DNA of 64,000 nt from Ostreococcus lucimarinus (lineage: Eukaryota): NCBI GenBank assembly GCA_000092065.1, contig CP000595.1; one strand, 5' to 3'. A model generated the notes under the pieces. That model was not told the DNA's origin, searched no databases, and saw only the letters and a list, made by a program, of their open reading frames with translations. Made by a program: the position numbers and the translations under genes. This document shows positions 1-10,104 of this stretch, piece after piece (within the stretch, counting starts at the first letter, position 1; each line of letters opens with the position of its first letter).

Positions 1-1199
1 TTCGCGATCGCCTGCGCGTTGTACTCGGGCAAAAGGTATTTTTGCTTAATGCCGACGATTTGCGACCCTTGCGTTTTGCGATCACTCTTCGCTTGAACAA
101 CTTTCTCGTAGCACGATCTCAGCATGTGCAGCAAGGCTTCGACGCGATGCCGCAGCGTGCACCCGTGCAACATCATTCGAAGTTCCGGGCTCCGGCTCAC
201 AATCGTACGAACCATCGCAGTCGCGACGAACTCCATGCTATGAGTGTCGTCGTAGGGGGGTTGTTCATTGCCTTCTTTCACGTGCTCGAGAAATAGGGCT
301 TCCAGCACTACGTCCACGCGCGGTGACCCGCTCGACTCTGCGAACGGCGGATACTCCCTCGCCTTCAACGTTCGCCCGAACCACTCCCAGCCGACGTATT
401 TGTTCAGCGTGTACATCATCACATTTTCGTCCAAAACAGACAAAATGCTTCCCGGATCCCGCATTCCGCGCAGCATCGTGCGCACGACTTCCTGAAACTC
501 GCTCGGAAACCGCGCGTGAATCTCGCGTTCGGGTTGCCACAACATCCATCGCACCCCGTACGACACCATCCCGACGAATCGTCGATCTTTCCTCAAACTC
601 GACACCATAGTTTCATCCTCCGCGTACCACGGCGCTGCCTTCCCGAACGGCTCGTGACTCAGATGCGCGTATCCCGGATATATCTGCAACACCCCGTCGC
701 ACTTCGGCCGTCCCAGCACGTCTCGTTCGTCGTCGTACACCAACCCCTTATCGCTCCGCGCGTCCGTGTGCACGTACACCTGCACCTTTTCCCCCACTCG
801 CAGCGTGATCGGCGCATTCAGCTTCAGCGCCACCAACTCGTCGTAGCTCGGTCGATGTTCCTCGTCGTACGCCGGTTCGCCCCACGCCTCGGCGTCCATC
901 AAATCCGCCACGTTCGCGTCGTTCGCGCTGTAATGCCCGTACCGCTCGCTCACGTCCACCGGCGGCAGCGCGTCGTCGAAAGTCTTCAAGTGCACGTTTT
1001 TCGCGTACACTCGCACCCTGCCGAGGTTTCCGCGCACGGATATCGCGCTGATTTCGATCGAATCGATGGGCAACGCGGTGGCGCATCCGAGCGAGAAAAA
1101 CATCCCGGAAAAGCTGTGATCCTCGCGATCGGGCGTGGGGGCGGTGAATTCGGAGTAGTGCAAGTCATCGCTCGCGCGCGCGAGCTCGCGGATGGGCAT
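1..1199 (-). CDS. Hypothetical protein, 5'-partial in window (N-terminal ~400 aa; the gene continues beyond position 1)
   Basis: Hand translation of the minus strand from ATG (forward CAT at 1197-1199) is open to position 1 with no stop (MPIRELARASDDLHYSEF...GEKVQVYVHTD...LWQPEREIHARFPSEFQEVVRTMLRGM...). The ORF track omits it because there is no stop inside the window. The sequence is non-repetitive; I do not recognise a family. Confidence 0.5.
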   Translation of the reverse strand, partial: MPIRELARASDDLHYSEFTAPTPDREDHSFSGMFFSLGCATALPIDSIEISAISVRGNLGRVRVYAKNVHLKTFDDALPPVDVSERYGHYSANDANVADLMDAEAWGEPAYDEEHRPSYDELVALKLNAPITLRVGEKVQVYVHTDARSDKGLVYDDERDVLGRPKCDGVLQIYPGYAHLSHEPFGKAAPWYAEDETMVSSLRKDRRFVGMVSYGVRWMLWQPEREIHARFPSEFQEVVRTMLRGMRDPGSILSVLDENVMMYTLNKYVGWEWFGRTLKAREYPPFAESSGSPRVDVVLEALFLEHVKEGNEQPPYDDTHSMEFVATAMVRTIVSRSPELRMMLHGCTLRHRVEALLHMLRSCYEKVVQAKSDRKTQGSQIVGIKQKYLLPEYNAQAIA

Positions 1200-1309
1200 G
1201 GCGGGCGATGGCGCGCGCGACGATGCGCGGCGCGGCGCGAGGGCGGCGCGAAGGCTAACCGAAACGCGAGCGAGAGTCAATAATTACAAACGACGCGACG
1301 ACGACGCGA

Positions 1310-2626
1310 TCAGGACGCGGCGGTTCGATCGCCGGCGCGGGGGGAGGGGACGTCGTCGGTGGCGGAGGGTGAGCCGGCGCTGGGGCTGGGGGCGTCGGAA
1401 ACCTCAGACGCGGAGGGCTCGGCGCGGACGCGCGCGGCTCGGGACTTGTCGCGCTTGACGTGGCGGGGAAGCGCGCTCTTGGGACTGGCGCGCTTCTTTT
1501 TGACGGCAGACGCGGCGTTCTGGACGACGCGCGCGCGGAGGACCTCCTCGAGCACGGCGACGTCTTCGGGCGCGCGCAACGCCGGCGTTTGGTTGTTCAC
1601 CGGGCACACCTTGATTTTATACCCGTTTTCCAGCGTGTTGAGGGCCTCGATGTTCTCCATGCGCTGCAGCGGCGTCGTGTCGTTGGAATCGTCGACGAGC
1701 GTTCTCAAGTACATCGCGTCGTAACACGAGCAGCCGAGGACGTGCCAGTGCATCGCCGCCGCGTCGAGACGGTTCTTCGTCTCGCGCTTCGTCGGCGTGA
1801 GATCGAGCTCGCCCGTCATCGTCTCCCGCGGCTTCGACCCGATCGCCGGGATCACCGCGCGCGTCAAATATAACGCGAATCCTTGCTTATCGAACACGCA
1901 TCGCGGTCTGGTTTCGCTCTCAAACCGCGCGGGATCCGTCGCCGCCACGCACGTCGACGCGACGCACCACTCGTCCGCGTTCGCCTCCATCTCCATCACG
2001 CACGCGTCCACGGAGTCCGCGTCGATCAAGCACTCGTCCACCTTCAACGTGACGACGAAATCCCATCCTCCGCCCGTCAGCTTCGCCGCCTGGCGCGCGT
2101 AAGTACTCGCCGTTCGCCTCGCGTCTTGCGCCACCAAAACCGTCTCGATTCCGTACTCCTTCGCCGTCTCCACGATTCTATAATCATCCGTCGCCACCAC
2201 CACTCGATCCAATCGCGCGCACCTCTTCATGCTCTCCGCCGCCCTCGCGAACGCCGGCTTCCCGTGCACGATCATCAGCGCTTTCCCCGCGAATTGATCG
2301 TCCTCGCCGTCCTCGTACGGCGCCGAAACCACCCCCAGGACGAAATTCGCGCTCATCCGCCTTCGCGTCCCGCGCTTCCCGCCCGCCGCGCGCGCCCGCG
2401 CGTCGCGCGCGCTCGCGTCCGCGTCCTCATCGACCGCATCGCTCGCGCGCGCCTCGGGCCGTCGCCTCGCGCGCCACCGCGCGCGGTTTTTCCGCCGTCG
2501 AATGAATTTCTGAAGCTCGATCGTCCCGTCGCCGTCCGCGCTCGTCGCGCGGAACGCGACGACGAACGCGATCGCCGACGCGATCGCGCGCCATCGCGAC
2601 GCCACCCTCGCGAGCGCGCCGAGCAT
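1310..2626 (-). CDS. KDSB: CMP-Kdo synthetase (3-deoxy-manno-octulosonate cytidylyltransferase, KdsB/CKS) with N-terminal membrane anchor
   Basis: The C-terminal 350 aa of ORF 1310..3289 carry the KdsB family signature (MIVHGKPAFARAAES...RLDRVVVATDDYRIVETAKEYGIETVL...WDFVVTLKVDECLIDADSVDA...). The ATG at 2626 (MLGALARVASRWRAIASAIAFVVAF) gives a TM anchor as in plant CKS. Upstream of that the ORF is R-rich low complexity. Confidence 0.8.
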   Translation of the reverse strand: MLGALARVASRWRAIASAIAFVVAFRATSADGDGTIELQKFIRRRKNRARWRARRRPEARASDAVDEDADASARDARARAAGGKRGTRRRMSANFVLGVVSAPYEDGEDDQFAGKALMIVHGKPAFARAAESMKRCARLDRVVVATDDYRIVETAKEYGIETVLVAQDARRTASTYARQAAKLTGGGWDFVVTLKVDECLIDADSVDACVMEMEANADEWCVASTCVAATDPARFESETRPRCVFDKQGFALYLTRAVIPAIGSKPRETMTGELDLTPTKRETKNRLDAAAMHWHVLGCSCYDAMYLRTLVDDSNDTTPLQRMENIEALNTLENGYKIKVCPVNNQTPALRAPEDVAVLEEVLRARVVQNAASAVKKKRASPKSALPRHVKRDKSRAARVRAEPSASEVSDAPSPSAGSPSATDDVPSPRAGDRTAAS

Positions 2627-2749
2627 GGAGGCGACGCGCGCCGTTCGCGACGCGACGGAAAATTCGATTCGCGCGACGACGAGTGACGACACACGGCGGC
2701 GCGGCGCGCGCGACGCCGCACCGGCGCGGCGCGCGCGATCGCGTCGCGA

Positions 2750-4402
2750 ATGCCGCCGTCGACGCGTCGGCGTCGCGCGGCGCGACGGTGCGCGCGCGCG
2801 ATCGGCGTCGTCGCGTCGCTGTTCGCGACGCGGTCCGTCATCGCGCGCGCGCGCGCGGCGCCGCGAGCGACGCGCGACGCCGAGCGCGAGGGCGGCGATG
2901 CGTCGACGCGCGACGACGCGACGCGCGACGCGTCGACGCGCGACGGGACGTTCTGGGCGCGCGCGCGCGCGGACGCGGGACGACGGGACGAGGTGAAGGC
3001 GGCGATGCGAGAGGCGTTCGGGGCGTACAGGACGCACGCGCTGGGACACGACGAGCTCGCGCCGCGCGCGCGGACGGGGCGAGACGATTTCGGTGGGATC
3101 GGGGCGACGCTGATCGATAGCTTGGACACGCTGCACATCATGGGGTTGCGCGCGGAGTTCGACGAGGCGCTGCGGTATTTGAAAAAGCCGGGATCGGCGT
3201 TTCGGGATTTGGTGCAGGGCGAGACGGACAGAGACGTGAGCGTGTTCGAGACGAACATTCGCGTTCTGGGAGGGCTGCTGGCGGCGCACGATTTATCGGG
3301 CGACGCGGACGTTTTAGAGCTCGCGGAATCCATCGCGGCGAGACTTTCGGCGGCGTTCGACACCCCGAGCGGAGTGCCGCACTCGTTCGTGAACGTCAAG
3401 ACTGGGAACTCGTTTGGGTTACCTTGGACGAAAGGCGCGTCCATACTCGCCGATTTCGGGTCGATGCATTTGGAGTGGGCGACGCTGAGCGCGCGCACGA
3501 AGAATCCGGTGTACGAGGCGCACACGAATCACGTGTTCGAGACGGTCTCATCCCTGGGACGACGAGGCAAAAGTGGCGCTAGCACCAAGGGTTTGTTTTC
3601 CGCGCATTTTAACGTCGATACCGGAGAGTTTGCGGGCGGAGACGTCACTTTCGGTGCGCTCGGCGATAGCTTTTACGAATACTTGATCAAGTGTTGGCGT
3701 TCGCTCGGCGATTTAAAAGACGCCGAGACGTGGCGCGAGATGTTCGACGAAGCCATGCTCGGGATGAAAACGAGTTTGCTGCGAGACTGGAAAACGGACG
3801 AGGCGACTGGTGAGAAGTATTCGTACGTTTCTCCGATTGGAGGTTCCGGTGCCGGTTCGATGGAACATCTCGCGTGTTTCGTCCCGGGTATGCTCGTGCT
3901 CGGCGCGGCAGAGGCGCCCACGCCTACAACCGCCGATGAGTACGTGCAAATAGCGAAGGATATCGCGCGTACGTGTGTAGAAATGTATTCTTCTCAGCCT
4001 TGCGGCCTATCCGCGGATCACGTGCGATTCGACTCGGGTTCAAAGACCATCTCGAACATCAACGGCAAAAATATTCAACGCCCGGAAACGGTGGAATCTT
4101 TGTTTTATTTGTATCGCAAAACTGGAGATGAAATTTATCGGACACAAGCTTGGAAAATCTTTCAATCCATGAAGTCAGCTTATCGAGTCCCCGAAAGTGG
4201 CGGCTGGCAAGGCGTGCTCGACGTCTCGAAGACCCCGACGGCGGGCGACGACAAGATGCAATCATTCTTCCTCGCCGAGACGTTGAAGTATTTATATCTC
4301 ATCTTCACCGACAGTGATACAATGCACTTGGATGAGTGGGTTTTCAACACCGAGGCACATCCACTGAGAATCACAAAGGCACGTGAACGACTGAACGATT
4401 GA
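2750..4402 (+). CDS. GH47 class I alpha-1,2-mannosidase (ER mannosidase I-like), type II membrane protein
   Basis: 550-aa ORF with a true ATG at 2750 and an N-terminal TM (AIGVVASLFATRSVIA). GH47 motifs present: GGLLAAHDLSGD, EFAGGDVTFGALGDSFYEYLIK, FFLAETLKYLYLIFTD. Diverges from KdsB with about 125 bp between starts. Confidence 0.85.
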   Translation: MPPSTRRRRAARRCARAIGVVASLFATRSVIARARAAPRATRDAEREGGDASTRDDATRDASTRDGTFWARARADAGRRDEVKAAMREAFGAYRTHALGHDELAPRARTGRDDFGGIGATLIDSLDTLHIMGLRAEFDEALRYLKKPGSAFRDLVQGETDRDVSVFETNIRVLGGLLAAHDLSGDADVLELAESIAARLSAAFDTPSGVPHSFVNVKTGNSFGLPWTKGASILADFGSMHLEWATLSARTKNPVYEAHTNHVFETVSSLGRRGKSGASTKGLFSAHFNVDTGEFAGGDVTFGALGDSFYEYLIKCWRSLGDLKDAETWREMFDEAMLGMKTSLLRDWKTDEATGEKYSYVSPIGGSGAGSMEHLACFVPGMLVLGAAEAPTPTTADEYVQIAKDIARTCVEMYSSQPCGLSADHVRFDSGSKTISNINGKNIQRPETVESLFYLYRKTGDEIYRTQAWKIFQSMKSAYRVPESGGWQGVLDVSKTPTAGDDKMQSFFLAETLKYLYLIFTDSDTMHLDEWVFNTEAHPLRITKARERLND

Positions 4403-4704
4403 CAAACACGCCGAGCAATACGGAAGGTGGATATTTATCACAACTTTGTAATAGGATAGCATAGAAAGTAGAAGTAGAAACGGCGTGCGGCGATGCTGCG
4501 TATTACTGCGTAGTTTACTTTGAGCTTCATGCGTTGCTTTGATGATACGGACACGCTCGCTCGCGACGAAGAAGACGACTCCAGCGCTTTCCTCGCGCCA
4601 GCGAGACTTGAATGGATGAAACAAGAATTGAAACAATTGAAAGAATGATCGTCATTTGCGACGAACGTAATGAATTCGTTTGGAATCTTACCACGAATGA
4701 CGCT

Positions 4705-6108
4705 CTATTCGTCGAATCGAAACGGTGTAGATTCCCTCGACGTCGTCCTCTCTTCGACGACGACCTTGGTGACTTTACTCTCGCCGCGCCGCGGCGGATA
4801 GAGATACTGGCGCATGTCGGCGCAAGTGTAAGAATTGAGCTTTAATTCGCGGTACGTAGACGTCGGTGATGCATCGATGAGCTCACTCGCGGTGATGCGT
4901 TTGGTGTGATCCTTACGCAAACACGCCGATAACAACGCGCGCAGTGCGTTTGAGACGGCGTCTTCGCCGTCGACGGCGCCGGCGACGTCGATGTCGTCGT
5001 CCATGATTTGTATCACCAACCCCAGTGGGCCGCCGTCTTCGATATCGAACACGTGCTTTCCCATGACACTTTCGAGGACTGTGAGACCCATGCCCCAGAC
5101 GTCGGCTTCGGGCCCGCATCTCGCGGCGCTCGATTCCAAGCGTTCGGGCGACATGTACATGATGGTTCCGAGCGAGTCGTGCGCGTCGTCTTCGACATCG
5201 CCACCCGTGAAGGGCGTGCACAGACCAAAGTCGCTCAGTTTACACTCCCCGCACTCGTTTATCAACACATTGCTCGGCTTCACGTCGCGATGTACGATCT
5301 CGAGAGTGTCGTGTAAATACGCCAACCCGTTGGCGACGCACCTCGCCGCGCACATCGCCGCCCGCGGCGCGAAACGCATCGACCCGCGCAACCTCACGAC
5401 GTCTTCCAACGATCCGAAATGCATGAGTTCGAGCGTGATCGACACCTCGTTTTTAACCGCATCGTACCCGAACCCAAAACATCGCACGAGCCCTTCGTAA
5501 GTCGGCGCGCTCTCCGTTTCCTCGTCGTCCTCCGCCGCCGTCGGGTCAACGCCGAGCGCGCCTCGCGCGGTCAACGAAGACCACCCTTCGACGTCCCCAT
5601 TCCTATCGAACCGCGCGTTCACCGACGACGACGAAATGCGCTGAAACGTCCACATTTCCCGCTTCGCTTGCACCGCCATCGCGCGATCGTCCGCTCGGAT
5701 GCGTTTCGTCGCTCGCCTCGCGTCTTCGCCGCGCGTCACCACGCTCGAGCTTCCTCGACCGAGCACGCGCGACGACCCCCCCCCCAGCGTCGACCCGCCG
5801 CCGACCGCCGCCGCGCTCGACCTCAGCGACGCGCTCGACGACGACGACGACACCGACCGCGACGGCCTCGGTTTCTTCGCGCGCGCGCCCGCGTCGTCGC
5901 GTCGTCGTCGCGCGGGCATCTCCGATAAAGCGCCACCCCAAAAAAGTGCATCGCCGTCGCGCGCGTCCTCGCGCGCGCCGATGCGCGTCCGCGCCGACGC
6001 GCGCGCGCCGACGCCACCGAAATCCAAATCATCGCTCGACGACGACGACGACGACGACGCCATCGCGCGCCGTCGACTCGCGTCGCCGCGCGCGACGCGG
6101 GTCGTCAT
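4705..6108 (-). CDS. MAP kinase kinase (MEK)-like Ser/Thr protein kinase
   Basis: LGRGSSSVVTR (G-loop), ATKRI (VAIK-like), HRDVKPSNVLIN, LSDFG, GTIMYMSPER (MAP2K-type activation-loop/P+1 signature). True ATG at 6108. Confidence 0.8.
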   Translation of the reverse strand: MTTRVARGDASRRRAMASSSSSSSSDDLDFGGVGARASARTRIGAREDARDGDALFWGGALSEMPARRRRDDAGARAKKPRPSRSVSSSSSSASLRSSAAAVGGGSTLGGGSSRVLGRGSSSVVTRGEDARRATKRIRADDRAMAVQAKREMWTFQRISSSSVNARFDRNGDVEGWSSLTARGALGVDPTAAEDDEETESAPTYEGLVRCFGFGYDAVKNEVSITLELMHFGSLEDVVRLRGSMRFAPRAAMCAARCVANGLAYLHDTLEIVHRDVKPSNVLINECGECKLSDFGLCTPFTGGDVEDDAHDSLGTIMYMSPERLESSAARCGPEADVWGMGLTVLESVMGKHVFDIEDGGPLGLVIQIMDDDIDVAGAVDGEDAVSNALRALLSACLRKDHTKRITASELIDASPTSTYRELKLNSYTCADMRQYLYPPRRGESKVTKVVVEERTTSRESTPFRFDE

Positions 6109-6498
6109 TAAAGCGCACGGCGACCGCGCGACGTCGCGCCGTTCGTCCGAGTCGTCCGCCCGCGCGCCGCGCGCGGCGAGTCAGGACTCGCGCCGCGCGC
6201 GCGTCTCCGGCCGTTCGCCGCCGATTCGTCTACCGGCGACGCGCGGCGCGACCTTTGACGACGCGAGAAGACGAACCGTCGTCCGCGCGTCCGAATTTTC
6301 CGTATGTCCGAACCGACACACTGCCACCATACGAAAGCGTCCGAATTCCGCGTTCGCGAGGGGGTCGCGATGAGTCGGACTCGTCGCGCGCGTCGCGCGA
6401 GCCAATCGAAACGCTCGATCCGAGCGCGCGCGCGCTCGAGCGTGAGGCGATCGCGCGCGCGCGCGCCGGCCGGCACACGACGACGCACCGCACGAAAG

Positions 6499-7006
6499 AT
6501 GTCTGGACGAGGTAAAGGAAAATCCGGCAAGAAGGCCACGAGCCGATCCGCCAAGGCGGGCTTGCAATTCCCGGTCGGCCGGGTCGCGCGCTACCTGAAG
6601 GCTGGCAAGTACGCGACGCGCGTCGGCGCCGGTGCGCCGGTGTACTTGGCGGCTGTCATGGTGAGTGGTTTTTTGAAATTTGAAATTTGAAATCGAGCGT
6701 TCGCGGCGCGCGCGGCGATGGGCTCGGGATGGTGGACGAAGACTGACGCGTTGAATCGTTGTGTTTTACGCCGCGTAGGAATACTTGTGCGCCGAAGTGC
6801 TCGAACTCGCGGGTAACGCCGCGCGCGACAACAAGAAGTCGCGCGTCGTGCCGCGCCACATCCAACTCGCGATCCGCAACGACGAAGAGCTCTCCAAGCT
6901 CCTCGGCACCGTCACGATCGCGGCGGGTGGTGTTTTGCCGAACATCCACTCCGTTTTGTTGCCGAAGAAGTCCAAGAAGTCTGGCTCGGCGTCCCAAGAA
7001 TACTAA
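6499..7006 (+). CDS. H2AX: Histone H2A.X; two exons (6499..6660, 6779..7006) with a 118-nt intron at 6661..6778
   Basis: Exon 1 reads [54 protein letters not shown]. The donor is GTGAGT. The intron contains AGACTGACG 31 nt before the AG. Exon 2 reads [75 protein letters not shown]. The C-terminal SQEY is the H2A.X SQ[E/D]-hydrophobic motif. Confidence 0.85.
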
Positions 7007-7070
7007 ATCTTTTCTCAGATTTTGAATTTTTAGCGCCTCGCGCGCGCAAACAAAACAAACCAAAAAAATT

Positions 7071-7100
7071 ACTTGGTGTTCATTCAACACCACCACGAGA
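7071..7100 (+). terminator. Possible histone-mRNA-type 3' stem-loop downstream of H2A.X (tggtgtt-cattc-aacacca), flanked by an upstream A-run and downstream CCAC
   Basis: A 7-bp stem with a 5-nt loop lies 65 nt after the H2A.X stop. It resembles the histone stem-loop but does not match it. Seen directly in the sequence. Confidence 0.25.
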
Positions 7101-7154
7101 AGAAAGAATGTTTCACTATGCGCATTACATCATCATAATTAATCGTTCGCGTCA

Positions 7155-10052
7155 TCAAGCCGGCTGGATGGCTAAGCGCTCGACGACGTTGCTCCTGGAA
7201 TCTCTCGCGAGCTTGTCGAGAGGGAACGCCGTGCGTACCATGTACTCGACGCCCTTGCGACCTTTTTGGTACGGACGCGCGATGCCCAAGAACTCCAACT
7301 CGGCCACGGCGCGAGTAAATCGCGCCTGAAGCTGCCATAATTTTTCTCGCGGCAAACCGAACGTGCCTTTACCGCGAGCCGCCGCCGCTGCATCGCCGCG
7401 TTTCATCTCCGACCCCGCTTTACTCTCGCAAAAACTTTGAAACCAGTCGTATATGGGCGCTCGTTCGCCGAATCGCGCGAGTAGGCGATACGCCGCGGCG
7501 GTGTCAGGCAACGTTTCCGGCACGCGTCGACCGTTCGCCAAGGCGTAGTCATCGTGACGACAGCACGCGCATCGCAGCAGCTCGCTCGGATCCGTGAGCG
7601 TGTTCTCCAACGACAAACGAGGCGACGCCTGAAGCGCGGCGCGAACGCATTCGACGTCGGTGACGACGAATATTCCGCTCGCATCGATCGATTCCGGTGG
7701 GTGACTCCCGTACTTGCGCGCGATGGCGCGAAGAATGTCGCAAAATTCATTCGCCGCCGCGGATTTCGCCGAGTCGAGTCGAGGTCGTTCTGGCTTCGCC
7801 GCCGTTGCCACCGTCGTCGTCACCAAAGCTAGGGCGTTGGCTTCACTCCTCGCCGGTGCGCTTCGACCGCGCGGTGGAGACTTAGGAAGTACCAAACCAT
7901 CGTTCGCCGCGGCGTCTTCATCGCGCGTTGAAGTCCTCGGCGCCGGCGTGAGGCTCGTCGCAAACGCCGCGCCGTTTCCACGCCGTTTCCGTGCGTTTAA
8001 GATTGCCTCCATCGCTAGTCGCTGATCTTCCGCGTTCGTCTCGTCGTGCGCCAGTTTTTCAGCCGTTGCATTGGCATTCGACGCAGCGATGACGAGACCG
8101 CGCCGTTCGTCGCCACCTTCGTTCGTCGGCGTGGATGCCAAAATTGCCGCCTCTCGCCGTCGAGCGTCCTCCGCGTCGAACGAGCCGTCCTCTATGTTTG
8201 ACAGTAAAAAGCGCAGCTCCGAACCTTCTGCCGACCGCATGACCTCATCATCGTCCAAGAATTTCAGCATAGACTTGACCAAATCACCGATTTCCGCCGT
8301 CGTGAACTCGTCCCGAATGCGCGAGAACGCGACGTTGAGCAACGTCCCGCCTTGACTCTTGGGGTTGAATTCTCCAGCACCACCAAAGTATCCTTTTCGC
8401 GACGCGTCGAGGAGTAAGTCTGCCATCGTCGTCACGCTCTTTTTGAACTTTTTCTCCGTCGCCGCGCACGCGACTTGAATGCAACGCAACGAGAGTGCCC
8501 ACCGTCGCCGCAAGCGGTACACATCCTTCAGCGCCGCGCTCAGTTCGCTCTTCGTGTGCGTCGTTGAAGACGCGGAGTCGCCGTCCCCGTCTCGCATCGA
8601 CTTTGCACCGAATCCGTGCTTGATGCGCGCGTACTCCACCGCGTTCGGATCGAGATCTCGAACGAATTGGTCGATGGCGTCGCCGTACTCGTCGTCGCTC
8701 TCGTCGCCGTCGGCGCAAGGCTCGCTCGAATCTTTAGCGAGCAGCGGCAACACCGCGCTCAGCGGCTCTGTCATGAAGTGTGTGATCGTGAGCAAATGGA
8801 GCGCACGACGCACGGCGGCGAGGGAAAAGTCGTGCTCTTTAAAGCGCGTGTGCAAAACGTTCAACACCTCGCTTCCAAACGCGGGCACGCGCTCGGGGCT
8901 CAACAGCACGCGCTCTTGCACAGCCTCCATCATTTGCCCGGGCGCCCAAAGCTGGAACGCCTGCGCGTTCATCAACGATGCCGTGGCGGCTGGTAACATC
9001 CCTTGAAGCGAACTCACACTCGTGGCCAAGCCCAAGAGGACGACGACGGGCACGCTCGAGACGAATTCCGAAACGCTTCGAATAAACGAATCCAACACGC
9101 GCACGTCGAAACTTTCCGTATCCTCGACGACGATAACCACCGGACAATCGCGACCTTGAATCACTGGATATAACGTCCTTTCGTCGTCGCCCGCGCGCTC
9201 CACGTCATCTCTCGCGCGCCGCTTCGACCGTCTCGCCGGCGACGTCGCGCGCGAATCTGTCGCCGCCCGCTTCTTCCCCCCCCGCGCGCGAACGTCGTCG
9301 CCCTCTCCCGATGCGCGCGAATCACCGCCATTGTACACCGTCAACGCGTTCCCGATCGGCGACGGCACCGTCGACGCCGCGATGAGCCCGTCTCGACGCG
9401 CCCCCGACGTCTCCTCGTGCCATCGCCGCAGCGCGCGCATGCTCTTCCCCCCCCAATGCCCCCCCGTGCGGTCCAACTGCCGCATGATCACCCCAAACGC
9501 CACCCCTAGCCCCCCGGTCCCGGCCCCCGCGCGCGCCTTCAGATCTCTCGACCGCAACAGCGCCACGTGCGCGTCTCCGCTCTTCCTCAACGATTTCGTC
9601 AGCGCCGCGAACGTCTCCTCGTGATCGTCGCTGTTCACCCCTCCCGCCAGCACCACGCCCACCGGCACGCGTCGATCGCCGCCGTTATTTTTTTCCTCCG
9701 TTTCTCGCGCGCGTTCGACCCGCGTCGCGCCCTGCTCGCGGACGAACCTCCTCACCCTCGCGAACGCCTCCGCGTTCGCCTCGTCGGCGACGCGTTGACA
9801 GTGTCCATCCAGCGCCTCCCACGCCCGCGCGCACGCCGCCGCGCGCCGCTCTCGCGCGCCGCGCGTTTCATCCCGCAACACCGGTTCGAACGCGTTCAGT
9901 CGCGACGCCTCGTCGCCTCGCGGCGCCGCGCGCGCGGATTTCAGCACGAAGACGCCCGACTTTAAACCATCGTTCGTCTTGAACGCCCCGATTTCTCGCG
10001 CGTCCGGCGCCGCGCGCGTCGACGCGTCGACCCGCTTGGCGCGGGACGTCAT
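7155..10052 (-). CDS. ORC3: Origin recognition complex subunit 3 (ORC3)
   Basis: ORF 7155..10541. ORC3-like core VVIVVEDTESFDVRVLDSFIRSV...VVLLGLATSV and C-terminal FTRAVAELEFLGIARPYQKGRKGVEYMVRTAF. First ATG after the low-complexity leader is at 10052 (MTSRAKRVDAS...). Confidence 0.75.
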   Translation of the reverse strand: MTSRAKRVDASTRAAPDAREIGAFKTNDGLKSGVFVLKSARAAPRGDEASRLNAFEPVLRDETRGARERRAAACARAWEALDGHCQRVADEANAEAFARVRRFVREQGATRVERARETEEKNNGGDRRVPVGVVLAGGVNSDDHEETFAALTKSLRKSGDAHVALLRSRDLKARAGAGTGGLGVAFGVIMRQLDRTGGHWGGKSMRALRRWHEETSGARRDGLIAASTVPSPIGNALTVYNGGDSRASGEGDDVRARGGKKRAATDSRATSPARRSKRRARDDVERAGDDERTLYPVIQGRDCPVVIVVEDTESFDVRVLDSFIRSVSEFVSSVPVVVLLGLATSVSSLQGMLPAATASLMNAQAFQLWAPGQMMEAVQERVLLSPERVPAFGSEVLNVLHTRFKEHDFSLAAVRRALHLLTITHFMTEPLSAVLPLLAKDSSEPCADGDESDDEYGDAIDQFVRDLDPNAVEYARIKHGFGAKSMRDGDGDSASSTTHTKSELSAALKDVYRLRRRWALSLRCIQVACAATEKKFKKSVTTMADLLLDASRKGYFGGAGEFNPKSQGGTLLNVAFSRIRDEFTTAEIGDLVKSMLKFLDDDEVMRSAEGSELRFLLSNIEDGSFDAEDARRREAAILASTPTNEGGDERRGLVIAASNANATAEKLAHDETNAEDQRLAMEAILNARKRRGNGAAFATSLTPAPRTSTRDEDAAANDGLVLPKSPPRGRSAPARSEANALALVTTTVATAAKPERPRLDSAKSAAANEFCDILRAIARKYGSHPPESIDASGIFVVTDVECVRAALQASPRLSLENTLTDPSELLRCACCRHDDYALANGRRVPETLPDTAAAYRLLARFGERAPIYDWFQSFCESKAGSEMKRGDAAAAARGKGTFGLPREKLWQLQARFTRAVAELEFLGIARPYQKGRKGVEYMVRTAFPLDKLARDSRSNVVERLAIQPA

Positions 10053-10104
10053 GCGTCGCTCTCGCGCGCGCGTCTCGCGTCGCGCGGCGCGCGCCGCGAC
10101 GCGC

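Noticed and set aside
516-1283. 255-aa plus-strand ORF at the window start
   Set aside because: H/R/V/P-rich low-complexity translation exactly antisense to a clean 400-codon minus-strand gene. GC-rich antisense artefact.
5946-6515. Plus-strand ORFs in the MAP2K / H2A.X intergenic region (5419..5928, 5699..6373, 5946..6515)
   Set aside because: R/A/S/T-rich with no domain, overlapping the MAP2K N-terminus antisense. Typical open frames of 70% GC DNA.
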